Shown here one piece after another: positions 26,099 through 40,392 of a DNA stretch of 64,000 nucleotides. The notes under the pieces were generated by a model that saw only the letters and a program-made list of their open reading frames with translations, was not told where the DNA came from and made no database searches. Origin of the DNA: Octopus sinensis (lineage: Eukaryota); the NCBI RefSeq assembly GCF_006345805.1, contig NC_043000.1, positions 81,654,001 through 81,718,000 of the forward strand. The letters run 5' to 3'. A program made the translations under genes and the position numbers. The first letter of the stretch is position 1. The number at the start of each line of letters is the position of its first letter.

Positions 26099-26874
26099 CT
26101 GAAATTGAAAAATATGAAGTGAATAAATTTTTTTAGACAAAATGAAATAAATCTTAAAAGAAGCCGTACCTTAATTTACATTTTTTTGTTTTGGCTTTTC
26201 ACCTGAAGTGATACATTAAGTTACTGAGAAAATTCACTTGGTAGATACCTCAATACTTTCTCTGTGAAAATCTCCAATGAAATGTTGATCTAAATGAAAA
26301 CCTGTTTAACACGGGCCAGGGACAATTCTAGCTCTAAAATGTGAGACCACCAAACCAAACACTCAAATACTTAACCCATAACTGAAGCCTAAAGCTATCC
26401 ACCCCATAAGAATGCCAAACTATAGGAAAACTATAAGGTTAGGTATCAAATTAATATGTGACCATCATATACTCAAAGACTGAAATACCTTTGGTTATAG
26501 GTCAGTTTGACCAGGACATAACCACTATATATTGCTGAGATCTTTATTAACTGAGATAATATAGAAATATTTGTACATTAAGAATAACCTATGATCAAAG
26601 ACATTAGTTACAACCATCTCATCTCTTAACCAAACAGTGTATCTTAGGTTACATTAACCAATGTGTATTTCTGTGAACCTATTCAGGAATTTGTCAAACC
26701 AATATTATTTGTGAAATGAGAATTTCTGTTCCACAAGAATTGCTATAAGAGATCAGTAGGCCCGAAGCTCAATATTTGTGAAAAACTCCCAACACAGCTA
26801 TAATGGCATTTAACTGAAGATTGTTCAAAAGTATTTACTTTAGTCACAAAAGTTGGTAGAAATCATCAACTTAC

Positions 26875-26941
26875 CATTGGATAAGTGAAGAACGGTACCA
26901 TTGGATAACCTTGGTTTTTTGGTTGATGTGGAAGCTGCACT
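26875..26941 (-). CDS. MPHOSPH8: MPP8-like exon: SAASTSTKKPRLSNGTVLHLSN
   Basis: tttttcatccttgcAG acceptor, GTAAGT donor, 67 nt, phase 0-1; links the flanking exons in frame. Confidence 0.85.
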
Positions 26942-27695
26942 CTGCAAGGATGAAAAAAATTGATTGTGAGTTTTAATTTAGTCAACATACCAACAATGTA
27001 CATACACATATGCACTAATACTTACATAAGAATAAAACATATCTGGAAATTATATACAATATATTAATGTCACAGTGAAAATATAAATCAATAAACCAAA
27101 TGAGCCTTGGGAGCTAAGAGAGAAAAGTAGCTGTATCCAACTAGCTTTGTAATTCTTAAGAGAATCATCAGGAATCACTTAACTCCCCTTTCAATCAATA
27201 AAGTTAAGAACTACATATAGTCTAATAAATACTGAAAACAAACTATTTACTGCAGTAAATATGCGTGTGGTTGATGGCTGAGATTTAGTAACAAGTGTAC
27301 CAACACCTAACACAATGTAGTTATCAAATGAGCATGATAGTCATTGTTTATGTAAGGCATGATCTGAGGGAAATTTAGCTATCATGCTGACAACAACAGC
27401 TAAAGGGTTGTGGAGGAATTTAATAAAATAACTAAATACCACTATAATACTGGCATTTCATAAGTAACAACAGATTCTGATCACACAGAATCTGCTGTAA
27501 ATAGATTATGTAAATTATTTTTTAGTCATGATATATTCCCCATTTTGAATGTTGAGAGGGGATTAAAATTATTTCTGATGAGTTTCAATAAAAACAAAGC
27601 TAGTTGAATGAGCCTTAATCTCAGCTATTGAGGAGCCTGTCATTAATCTACAAGTTTGTTTTCAAGGCAAAACTAAATACATTGCTGGTTTTATA

Positions 27696-27751
<56 letters not shown>

Positions 27752-27758
27752 AAAATTT

Positions 27759-27945
27759 GCCATGATAGATCGCTAGCCACTAAACCTATTTCATTTTCTC
27801 TCCCTGTGAATTTCTGTGTTCTTTTCTGTCGAAGAGCGTAGGCTCGAAACATAAAACACTTTCTCACTTCCCAAGTGTTAAACTAATACATCTGTTTGTT
27901 GTTTACATACCCATATTCGTCTTTTGGTTTTTGTAAATTCTCACT
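27759..27945 (+). mobile_element. Penelope-like terminal-repeat fragment with hammerhead-like motif (27826-27854), between microsatellites
   Basis: CTGTCGA A GAGC-GTAG-GCTC GAAAC ATA; homologous to 59023-59155 (-). Confidence 0.6.
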
Positions 27946-29432
27946 ATATATATATATATATACACATACACACACAAATACGTGACTGTGCACAAACACT
28001 CAAATCTATTAGGATGTACAATCAACAGAAAATACACCTTAACATTACACTTTATTTATTAGTTTGAAGCTGATGTTTTACTATTCATTAGCCTGAGTAT
28101 CACAATTAGGTGCATTCAGGCAAAAGGTTATGAATAATCCTTCATTTGCTCAAACACAGACATAATTCATTTGGAATAGCAATGAAATGAATCCTCAGAT
28201 TTGAATACATATTACATACGTTTATACATTTATTTCTCTACATAGCACACACTTATGTGTGTGTGTGTGTGTACACGCATGCATGTATGTATATATATGT
28301 CTATTTGTATGTGAGTGTGAACACACATACCCGTTCTCATAACATCTACTTTTCGGTTCTAGCATACACTGCATGAAGATTGTTTAAGTTGATACCTCTA
28401 CAAACTGGACACTCTTCCTATCACCAACTCTTCACCTGTTTCCACATAAGGTAACTTTACCCTCCTTTGTCCCGTAAACAGCTCAATGGTTAAGCATGCT
28501 CTTGCAGATCGATAATAAAGAAACACCATTTATGTATTACAATAACTTTTTCCTTCAATCAGTAAGCACATGTCACAACAAAGAAATGCACACACACACA
28601 CATACATAAGTAAATACAAGATTATATATATCTTTTATCTCTTGTTTCAGTCATTAGACAGTAGTCATACTGGGGTGCAGCCTTCAAGAATTTTTAGTCA
28701 GATATATCGATCCCAGTACTTTCTTCTTTTTTTTAAAGCCTGGTATTTACTCTCAGTCTCTTCTGCTGAACCACTAAGTTATGGTAAACACACACAAAAG
28801 ATTCTTCCAGTTTCCATTTTCTAAATCTCACAATGCCTAACTTGCAAGCTATAGTAGAAAACACCAGCTGACAGTGTCCTTGTAGTAGGAACAAATCCCA
28901 AACCATGTCCTTTTAAAGTGAACTTCTTAACCATAGAGTTATATCTGCACTTACATACATTACCCTTGCTTGTTTGAGAAGTGACAAATGTAAGGAAGTG
29001 ACCAGCCTGTAATAATTCAGATATGCAATACATTTTTAGTTTACTATAGAGTTTAGTGAGCCACTACATTAACAGTACCCTGAGAAGTGTACCATACTAA
29101 CCAGACAATGTACCCACACAATGCAAGTAAAACTATCACTCTCAAATAAAAAAAAAAAAAGGAAAAGTGCAACAATAGGAGGAGGAGGAGGAAGAGTTGG
29201 AATAGACTTAACCTATTTACAAGAGAGGGAAGGAGGGAAAAAGAGTATAAATGAATAGATTTGAACTACAATATAGTTAAAGGAGGTAAGGCCTGTGAGG
29301 TAGAAATAGGAGAATGAAGATAAAACTATCTGTATGCATGTAAACACACACAAATATGTAACATACATATTCAAATACACACATTGGGTATGTGTGTGTG
29401 TATTTAAATACATGCATATTATCATCTTGTTC

Positions 29433-29465
<33 letters not shown>

Positions 29466-30264
29466 ATATTTATTTATTTATAATCACATACAGCATATAT
29501 GTTGATGGAACTTCAGCTGGTTTCCATAATAAGTACATTATTCAATCACTTGTACAACACTTGTGTAAGTGGTAGGGTATTCCACACATATGTATTAACA
29601 AATTATCCAGATAAAATCAGCACAAAACTGCATGACAAGTCTGGCTTTTTGAATAACTGGCACAGTGATTGTGAATAAACTTCTTAACCACAGAGCCATG
29701 CTTGCAACATGCATGCACATACACACATACAATGTTACAAAAGGTTTGCCATCCATTCATAAATGACAACCTGGATCCTAAATGTTTTTTTGAAAAACTC
29801 AAACCAAAATGTAATTGAGTACACTATGGGGCAAGAGGTTGACAGTATAGAAACTACTGAACTGAACTGAGATCCTTCAGATGTGGCCTGAAATGCCTCA
29901 CTCCACCTATTTGAAAAGAAGCATAATACAGCAGGTAAGAGTTGGCAACACAAAAAAGAAAAAAATACATCTGACCAACGAAAGTCTGCATCAGTAAGTT
30001 TCAGTCAATCCATGCCAGCATGGAAAAGTGGATGTTAAAATGGCAATGATACACACACATGCTGATATTATCAAAATATAAATTAAAACATTGTTACTAT
30101 TAGTTTTATGGCTGAGTTTAACTCAGGCAATATAAAATAAACAGCTTCTACAAAGAGAAATCTGGAGGTTTATGAAATTATGAAAATTTTGAAAGCAATT
30201 TTTACTCTTATACCACCTCAGACAAACTAAATAGTAATAACAATGTTTAAATCAATACAGTGAT

Positions 30265-30480
30265 TTCATATTTTGGCACAAGGCCAGCAATTTTTTTGGG
30301 GGGAGGGTAAGTAAACTGCATTGTCCCCAGTGCTTAACTGGTACTCATTTTATCAAACTTGAAAGGATGAAAGACAAAGTCAACCTTGGCAGAATTTGAA
30401 CTCAGAACATAAGGATGGACAAAACGCTGCTAAGCATTTTGCCTGGCATGCTAATGATTCTGCCAGCTCATTGCCTCTCA
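30265..30480 (-). mobile_element. Family-C SINE, intronic
   Basis: Full module GGCACAAGGCCAGC...GGATGAAAGACAAAGTCAACCTTGGCAGAATTTGAACTCAG...GATTCTGCCAGCTCATTGCC. Confidence 0.85.
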
Positions 30481-31892
30481 ATGTGGTTGCTCAACACGCT
30501 AGATACAGCAACCTGATCTTTAATATTTAAAAAAAACAAACAAGAAACAACCATATTAGACAATATATAATCCCAAGACATACTAAATAAATAGGATGGT
30601 CATAGTCAGAATACCTTTGACCATATGCATCCTTGATTAGGGCTGAATTTAAGGCTACAGAACAACAAGAACTCTTAGAAATAATGTCAGTTATCAACAA
30701 AGGAAAGAGCTGTCCCCATTCCCTCCTGCCTTATCAACTGATATCTCTAAACTGTCATCTTTGGCTTCCTCTCAACAATTCTGCCTTATCAGTTAGTAAA
30801 AAACAGATAAGGATATGAAAGTGGCAGGAAGGTGGGGACAAAGATACACAGAAACAGAACAACCAGGTGGGCAATATCAAATGCAAGGAAATGGACAGAA
30901 CAGAGATAGGTCAATAAGGCTTGAAGGACAAAGAATATTCTATAAATTAAAATACACACACCCACACACCATGAGGGTAGGGGGATAGCAATATCCCATT
31001 TCACTTGACCAATAGTCTTCCTACAACTTTTTTTAATATTTTTTCACACAAACTCATTGCAAATTCACAAGTCTCCACTAAGCTTCCTATTTGTCTCTGT
31101 GTCAGACAAACTTATGCACTGTAATTCAGGATGAGATGAGATAGGCCAGCCACAAGTCAACTAATGCTTTGCTAGTGAAACTTAATAAACAAACTCTGCT
31201 GAAAACCATCATGTGTACGCTTGCATGTACATGTGTACGGTTGTGTCAATGTTTAACAGTGAAAGCTGGTGTGCTTAATTGCATCACTTTCATCCCCACT
31301 GCTTACTCAAAAACATTTTTAAGATGATGAATGTAAGAAGAAATGAATTTAAGAGAAAATAAACACCCAATTGAAATTGTAAACTGAGGTCAATATGATT
31401 CACTAAAAACCTTTGAAGACTGCAGCCAATTGACTGGAACCAGCTAAAGGATATAACACCAGTTTTATATGAAGTAACATTAACAAAGAGATCTTGTGTT
31501 ACATAGTTCTCTTCAGATAATATTCTTCAAATATTTTGGTGCCATGAAGTAATGTAGAATAAAATGCTCTAGTCAGAAACAATAAACATCTAAAGGAGAA
31601 TTGAACTTCAGGTCTTTAAGCTGGTGGCTCAATTCCTTAGACAATTGGTCTCCTTAACTTTACACATGAGTGGCAACAGAGAAAGTGAGAGAGACTAACA
31701 AAGACAGATCAAATTGTAAACAATGGCTTAGCCATGTACACAAATTCAAATTAGCTAATTAGAAAATAAAATACATAAATCAATCATTCTATGGAAAGAG
31801 AGAAAGGGTATCTGTATACAGAAAGAGAGAGGGGGAGGAATGAGAGAACGAGAGAAAGTGTGTGTAAGAGAGAGAGAAGAATGGGACACTAC

Positions 31893-31975
31893 CTCATAGT
31901 CTCGTGACCTTTCCGACCTTCGATAACAGCAACAAAAATTTGTTAATTCTTCTGTTGTACAAGCATCAAAGAAAT
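31893..31975 (-). CDS. MPHOSPH8: MPP8-like exon: (N)FFDACTTEELTNFCCCYRRSERSRDYE
   Basis: ttcattatttttccAG acceptor, GTAGTG donor, 83 nt, phase 1-0; open and phase-compatible with both neighbours. Confidence 0.75.
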
Positions 31976-34289
31976 CTGGAAAAATAATGAAAAAACAGGT
32001 TCAAAATTAAGAAAAAAAACACACTAAAATTGACTCCAAGTGACATGCTATTAGCATCAATTTACTTCCATTACACCCACATCTCCTCCAATAAAAAAAA
32101 AAAAATAAATGCCTTGGCTTATCTCATCACAAAGAATGAATTGCACTTTTGTATCTCAAGTCAGCCAAGTCTAAATGTTTATTAGCAAGACTGATACATC
32201 AAAAAATTTAATATTTTAAAAATTGGTTTAATTATTTGTTATTAGAAATGTTTCATTATTTATTTTTTTCAGTTAGAAATTTGGATATCAAAAGACAATT
32301 GTACTTAATATATCGTACATATATTGGATGATGCAAAAAAAAAATTTAATGTTTAATCAAAAATTACACCTGTGAAGAAGAGATTAAAAAAAAAAATTGG
32401 CTCCAATTATAGTCTCCTCATTAGCAGTTAGTATTGATGGATGTAGTTGTTATAAGTAAACCTTCTTTGATCCAGCAGTGATTATGATGAAAGATCTTCC
32501 AGTCATGCCCATATCTTTTATTCAGCCACAGTGTAACTAGAACTACATTATTCAGAGAGTCTTTCTTTTATGTAAGATAACAGGATGTGATTTCAGAGAT
32601 ATTTTCTTGCTACTGCACATGTCTACCAGCACTGGGGTGAACTAGGCCTGATGCAACATTAACAACAGTACATTCAATAAAGGCTGGTGTTTGGAAGTAT
32701 CTTTACATTAAGCTGATAAGAGATTAACATAGTCCTATAGACAAAATGCTAATAAGGAACCTCAGTTAATTATTCCAGACCTGGAGCCAATTCCAAGCAA
32801 CTGAATGTAATGAGATCAAATACAGAATCAAGTGGAAGTGAATCTAAGACAAAAGTTCAATGCATGAAATACATGAAGACTATTGCAGAAGACAAAGGAC
32901 TCACTTAAACCCTACTTATTCCTTAAATCAACAAAACTAAAAGATCCCTTCCTGCCTCTGTATTATCTGTAGCACTTTTAATCAGCTCCTTGCAACTGTG
33001 TGTGAGTGTATTTGTGTGTATGAAAGAGAGAAAAAATAAATTGTCAGACAATTTTTGTTGATTTATTAATTACTTATTTTGACACTTTTACTGTTACATA
33101 TGTAACCGTCTGATATATGTTCTGGTCTCAATTTCAGTGAAACAAAAGTGTCGCCATCCTTAAACAGTTGTAACAATACACTGGTTTGTACAGTTGCTCA
33201 ATCTACTACAAATAGCAACCAAATCTCTCCACTACAAAACACCATACCATCTTGGAGAAGGACACATTGAAGGTAGTCAAGGTTCACTGTACTGAAGAAA
33301 AAGAAGGGTTGTTCATGGGTGGAGTGCCTTGGCTCACAATTCAACTAAATCAAGCATATGCTGGAGTTAAACAACAGGCTTAAAGTATTAATGGCTGCAC
33401 ATTCTCAAATTGATAAACTAACCAACCAGTTGTGTAGTTTACCAAACGTTCACACTGTATGTATTCAAAATCAGTGGGGTGGAATGCTTGGTCAATCCAG
33501 TAAATAACCATGACTTCAATATTCACTGGCTCTCAATTTCCATTGTGTTTCATATATCCTGTATACACCCTTTCCTTCAACCCAGTATCTATGCCTATTA
33601 TATACACACACACAAACACACATTAGGCCAGTTAAAGCAATGATTCCAGTTCATTTGTCAAGGCTGTAGATATTTTGACCAGTTACCAGTTACAGTCAGC
33701 TTTCATGGTCTGCCTACTCACTTACCCTCTGGTCTTTCAACTGTCCACAAGGTCATGACATTTGAATGACAGACAGCATGGGTACAGTTTCTGGAAGGCA
33801 CCAGCTTATAGTGGTCATATCAATTAACTAGCATTTCAGATCATCCTTCTCTTTTCAAGACCACCATATTTTCTGAAAGATATTGCTGCTATCTTTAGCT
33901 GGTAAAGTGACCCTGTAAAAACTATACAAAACCACGTCTTCTCAGTGACCACAAGAAATAATTGTGGTGGTTGGCAAAAGGTTTAACTTTACATTATTTT
34001 CTCAAGATTTTTATTTAAAACACACTTGCCTTTGTTTAAATCAATACTAATTTATAAACAACAATCTGCAATGGTTTACTAAAAGAAAATGCCTTTTGTC
34101 AATGGTCATTAATTTGGTTCAGTCATTAGACTGTGGCCCTGTCGGGGTACTGTCTAGAAGTATTTCAGTCGAAAAAAAAAAAGGTAGTCTCAGATGACTT
34201 TGTAAGAAAAGTATTAAAACATGGGATTAGTTTGAATGTCTAACAATCACTTTATTAAGGATTGTAAATTAAATATTTAATCTATTAAT

Positions 34290-34930
34290 CATAAAGCCTG
34301 CATTTTGTGAGAGAAATAATATATTATATAGACTTCAATCAATACTTGACTGATTCTTTATTTTACTGACCTAGGAGGGATGAAAGGCAAAGTGACCTTG
34401 GCAGGATTTGACCTCAGGAGCAGTAAACAAATACTGCATGACATTTTGTCTGATGTGCTAGCAATTCTGCCATTTCATCACCCTTCCTACCAATAATAAC
34501 TGTTTCTGATTTATGCCCAAAGACTGCAATTCTGAAGGGAGAGATTAGTTGATACCATTGACCTTAAAACTACCTGGTACTTTATTTCACTGAACCCAGG
34601 GGGATAAACATGAAAAATGGGTCTCAGCTTGATTTAAACTCTGAATATAAATGGCCATAACTGAAGATGGCAAATAATTTTGTCCTATGCTTCAATGATT
34701 CTACAAATCCATATAATAGTAATGATAGCAAATTTGACACAAGGCTAGCTGTTTTAGCAGGAGAGGGTTAGTCAATTACATTGATCCCCTGGTACTTATT
34801 TTATCAACTGATACTTATTTTATCAACCAGGAAAGGATGTAAAGCCAAGCTGACTTTGGTAGAATTTGAACTCAGAATGTAAAAAACCAGAAGAAATGTC
34901 ACTAAGCATTTTGTCTGACACAATGACAAT
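34290..34930 (-). mobile_element. Tandem array of ~3 family-C SINEs, intronic
   Basis: The same module is repeated three times in the same orientation. Confidence 0.75.
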
Positions 34931-36602
34931 TCAGCAATTCAACAAAATGAGATGCCTGGAACTGATTTTATACACCTACAGCTGAGGGATATATAAGAAA
35001 GACAAAGTTATCCTAAATGGTTTGGAACTGAATGTAAGCAGACAAAACTAATCACCACAAGGTAGTTAATCATGGACTCTCTATTTTTAATCATGACTGA
35101 CTGACCTAGGGCTAAACAACACTAATTTCTGTAAGTATTAGTCAGAGGAAACTATGATGTCACGTGTATGAGAGAGTGATTAGTGGAAAGATTCTTTGTT
35201 TTAATCATTCTGTCACTTTACAGACTATCAAATAGCTATACTAAATTCTTACATGTGCGGATATATGTAATAAGAATATGTAGAACATTGTATGTTTAGA
35301 ACAAACACTGACTCGTTCTTTCTCTGTCCCTTTCTGTTTATATTTTGTTATGTTGTGCATGTACGCACGCGCAGACACACCCACCCACGTATAGCAATGT
35401 ATTTCATCATCTTAATGATGCAGAAGTCAGGGTGGCAGCAGAGCTAGAGAAAGGGGTGTAAGGAGGCAGGGCTTGGGTGGAAAGTTGGGTAAGTTAAGTA
35501 GTTAGGGAGTGGCTGGAGAAGAATCAGGGGAGGGTGTTGGAGGGAGGAGGAGAAAGGAGAGTGTAAGGAGCTTACCAATAGTAGTGGTGGAAGAGGCAGA
35601 ATAGGGAGTATGGTTTGCAGAAGTAAATTGTTTTTGAAGCATTGACACAAACATTGAATTACCATCCACCACACACCCCCAACATCCACCTTCACCATCA
35701 TCACCACAAGGTCAACTTATGTAAGTAATTATTTAACCCTGGGTCAGCCCTGATCCAGTAGTCATGATCAAAGGCATTCTAGGTGAGACAATTTTGTCTT
35801 TGTATATCTAAGGATTACATTATCCACAGCATCTGTCTATTTGGAAGACGGCTGCTATTTCTACCAGGTCAAATTGGAAAGCATAAAAGTTCGTGAGAGG
35901 GGGTGGTGGAAAGGCAAGGGGTACATACCAATGGTAATAATTTCAGATCTGTTTGGCGATAAGACACAAGATTCCAGCTCCAAACTTCTCTCAGGATCAT
36001 CAACCAACTCCCCCACCACCATCACACACCCATACTCAAACAAAATATTTCCCCAACCCCATCCCGCACACCATCAAAAATACGTAAGCATTCCTCCACT
36101 AGAAAAAATTCATAGTCCAATAAAATAACATAGACATATACTGACAGCTGTTCATACATTCATACATATGCTTAAACACATACATGCAGTCTTTGAGAAA
36201 AAAGACGAAAAAATAGCCAGATTGCTTTCCCTCTGTGTGTGTGTGTTATATAGTAACATAATACTGTGTGACACCATCTGATTATGGGTGTGAAGGTAGT
36301 GATGGTGGGTGGTAAGAAATGGTTCTAGAACTACCAGGGAAGAATGAGAAAGAAAATTTTAGTAATACAAGTCTCTATATGTATACACTCAAGGATATAT
36401 ATATAATGTTTGTGCATTAGGAATAAACAAAAATTGTGTCTCCATTTTCTTTATTCTTCTCAACAAGCTGAGTCTTCAAACATTAGTGATTTACATTGAC
36501 AACAGCAACAGAGAAAGCAGAAGGGAGTAGCCTTCTTTGCTTCAAATATTCTATAACTTAAGAATGGTTGTAGTGGTGCTGGTATTAGACCAGTTTGGGA
36601 GA

Positions 36603-36633
<31 letters not shown>

Positions 36634-37670
36634 CAGTGGGAGTAGAGGGTTTACAGATAAGTTAGAGAGAAAGGGCAGGAGGGAGCTGAAACTATGAAAA
36701 CAAACAAAAAACAAAATAATAATAAAAAATAACTAGTGGTGCCAGAGAATCTAAGCTAAGAAAGAGGGTAGTGTTGGGAAGAGAGGTATGGTGAAGGGGT
36801 AAGGTGGGGTGGGGGACACAGTGTAGGGTGTATATCAGGAAGTCCTGTGGAATGTAACAGTGGCCTAATTAATAGTCATGCTTTGAAAACAAAATTAGAT
36901 TCTTCCACATCAACGTTTTACAATTTATATATATAAAAAAAAGACACTGCACCATACTAAATTGTACTGCAAGTTGTTATTGTTTAACACCAGGTCAATC
37001 TTGATCAAGAGCACCATATGCAAATGTACCCAGAACTACATTGTCAAGGAAATTTGGCTGTTATTTCTACTATATTGAGTAAGAAACATGGAACTATCTA
37101 ATTTTTTCATTTTTTTTCACCTCAACAATTATTTCTAGCTAACATATTTAATGGTACCTACATTAAATATGTTACTTATTTAACTCTGGCTTTTTTTCGT
37201 CAGATGTCAACCCTGAGTAATTTGTACTATAATTACAGTAGGATACCATGGAAGTTTTAGTTGTTTCAGGTCAGTTCTAATTGAGGCACACCTATGACCA
37301 TCCCATATTTTTCCTAGAGTGAACCCAATGTGCCACCCCACCCCCAGTGTTTTCTTTGAATGAAGGTTAAGTGCAATTTGAGAGATCTGTCTGTCTATTT
37401 CCAGCAGGCTGAGAACAAGTTGCTTAGTTTGACAACATCACTGCTGATGTCATCAGTTATCAGAAGGATGGAGTGAGTACAAGGATGGGTTGGTGAGACA
37501 ATATTACTTACTAATATTCTGTCACACAGCTAACAGCAGATAAGGATTTCAAGGGCATTTTCAATGCACAGTACCTCAGGCTGTCTTCTGCTACAGCCCC
37601 GGGCCAATCAAAGACTTATGAATGGATTTGGCAGATGGAAACTGAAAGAAGTCCATTGTATGTGTATAGA

Positions 37671-37755
37671 CGAGGGGGTGTTGAAAAGTTCCTGGCTTTG
37701 GGTAAAAGAAAAAACAGGAGGATCTGTTAATTTTATTCAACATATTCTCCTCCCA
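37671..37755 (+). mobile_element. Mariner-like terminal fragment interrupting a family-A SINE
   Basis: CGAGGGGGTGTTGAAAAGTTCCTGGCTTT resembles mariner TIRs (from memory); SINE-A halves lie at ~37560-37660 and ~37800-37965; no partner TIR found. Confidence 0.5.
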
Positions 37756-39944
37756 GATTCACATACATTTGTGTTTGTGATTCCTCACCACTACCACCAT
37801 GATAATTGGTGTTGGTTTGTTTACATCCCCATAACTTGGTGGTTCAGCAAAATAGAGACTAATAGAATAAGTACCAGGCTTTACAAAATTAATACAGGAG
37901 CCAAATCATTTGACTAAAATCTTTCAAGGTGGTGTCCCAGCATGGCCACAGTTCAATGACTGAAAGATATATATCTGTGTATCTATGTATGTGCACTCAT
38001 ACATTTTCATCACTGTTCTAACATGCATTTAACCACGCCTGCATGAGTCAGAAAATTTACTGAGGCACATTTTCCTAAGATTTGATGCTTTTGTTGTCAC
38101 CAACTCCCACCTGTTTCAAAGTAAGCCAACATTTACTCTGGTCTTTTAAACCCAAACAGCATAATGGCCGGACATATTTTCAGAGAAGAATGAAAACAAA
38201 ATGACATTGCTGATATGATGATGTCTGTTTATAATTAGCATGGGGCGTCAAGACAAAGAGATCCAAATGCACAATAGGTTTCTTTTAGTTCCTATCTACC
38301 AAATCCATAAACAAAACTCAGGTTGGTCTATGGCTCTAGATTATAGCAGTGAAATTGAACCCAAAACAATGTAGGTGTAAAACGAACTTCTTAACTACAT
38401 AGGCATGTGTGCACCTATATACTCTTTCTCACATATATATATATACACATGCATATGCACACACATATACATATGAATATGCACACATATACATATCTAT
38501 AAACAGATACACATAACAGACTTCCACATAGTTTGTGTCAACCAAATTCCACTCACACTCTCCAATATTTCGCTGTTCTGTTACTACTTCTGCTATTGCC
38601 CAAACCTTCACCACTAAAGTATACAACTCTTGCAATGTAAGCATAAAAAGTAAAATTTTAATTCTACCACTTATATACTATACATATGTATGTTCAAAAA
38701 TGATGATGTTTGTGCATACATATTGTAAAACAATGTTGAATAATAAGCAATCACCTAACCCATACTGGCATGGAAAAATGGTTGTAAAATAAACAAAGAA
38801 GCAAGTATGGCAAGCCAGAGTGAGAACAATTATATTCAAACATACACACACACACAGACATATATATTTTTATATATTTACATACATACACACATGCTGC
38901 ATCATTTATGTCAGACTGCATTATCTCTCCTTACAACACCCACATTGTATTTTCATATCTTGTAAGATCAATAAAATAAGCAACAAAGTCAACATAATCA
39001 ATTAAAATGTTTGAAGGTGCCGCCCCAGCACTGTCACAGTCCAATGAATGAAACTAATAAAAACAAATTAAGAAAAGAAGAATAGGATACATGCACTGAA
39101 TGTATTGCAGAATTGAACTAAGGACATTTCTGTTTTAAACCAAGTGTGGCTGTTGAGAAAAATTATGCCAATAGCCTTGTATGTTTTATATAGTAGCTCA
39201 AGATAAGGCGAGATTAATAAAACACAGGAGGTCAGTGTTTTGAAATTGTAGATTGTGGGTAGGGCTAAAGAGCACTGGAGGATGTGATAGACATGTTCAG
39301 AGAAGCAACCATACACACAACACTCAGTTTCACTGATGAAACAAGTACCGCAATGTCTGCATATGATGCAGTGTAGGACAAATTGATGTTTTGGGTGATT
39401 TATTACTGGAATTTGGGATCAGTGATTGCTGTAGCATATGTGGCAAGCAGAAGTGAAAATACTGCTTTGTTGAATGTGCTGTAGAAGATGAAAAACTTTC
39501 CTTCTCTTTTGAAGGGCATGTGGTGCAGGCAAGTTTAGAGCTACTAAGGGCTCAGAGAAAAGAAACTGGAAATTGCAGAGAAGAGTGTTTCAATGGGAAG
39601 GTGGCCAAAGAAAGAGTGAAGAGGTGCAGGAAAGATAAGAATGGTTATGGGGTATCACATATATGCAACGATTAAGTCCCTGACTTTTCCTGTCATTCTC
39701 CACCGTGTGCATAGGCTCATGGATTAATGATAAGCAAACATTATTCTCACTCACTCAAAGATTTTTGCTAAAAACATTACAAGCACCACTTTCACTGACA
39801 TACAACAAACTTAAGAAACCAACAGAAAGTTTCGCAATAAATATCTTTGTTAATATAGACTATCACTACTATGCTGAATGCTTGGATTCAGTTTTACTTT
39901 TAAAAATACACACAAACACACGTATATTATATATATATATATGA

Positions 39945-40205
39945 GCCAGTGCCACCTCACTGGCTCCCATGCCGGTGACATGTAAAAAGCACCATCCGAG
40001 CATGGTTGATGCCAGTGCCACCTCACTGTTCCCCGTGCCAGTGGCATGTAAAAAGCACCCACTATGCTTCAGAGTGGTTGGCATTAGGAAGAGCATCCAG
40101 CTGTAAAAACCTTGCCAGATCAGATTGGAGCCTGGTGCAGCCACAGTCAAATCATTCAACCCATGTCAGCATGGTAACTGGTTGTTAAACGATGGTGATG
40201 ATGAT
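39945..40205 (+). mobile_element. Family-B SINE, older copy
   Basis: Same body as 5746-6063 with CpG-to-TpG/CpA decay and a (GAT)n tail. Confidence 0.8.
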
Positions 40206-40353
40206 AATAATATACACACATATCAGTTACCCTTTATCTATACATAAGTAGTCAAGTCCTTATCTTCAAATCTAATATCAGTAAATATATATATATATAT
40301 ATATATACATACACCTATATGCACCATACACTCCTATTCCCATGCTATCTAGC

Positions 40354-40392
<39 letters not shown>

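Noticed and set aside
36796-36828. G-quadruplex-like G runs
   Set aside because: Irregular long loop within generic purine-rich low-complexity sequence; nothing specific supports a function.
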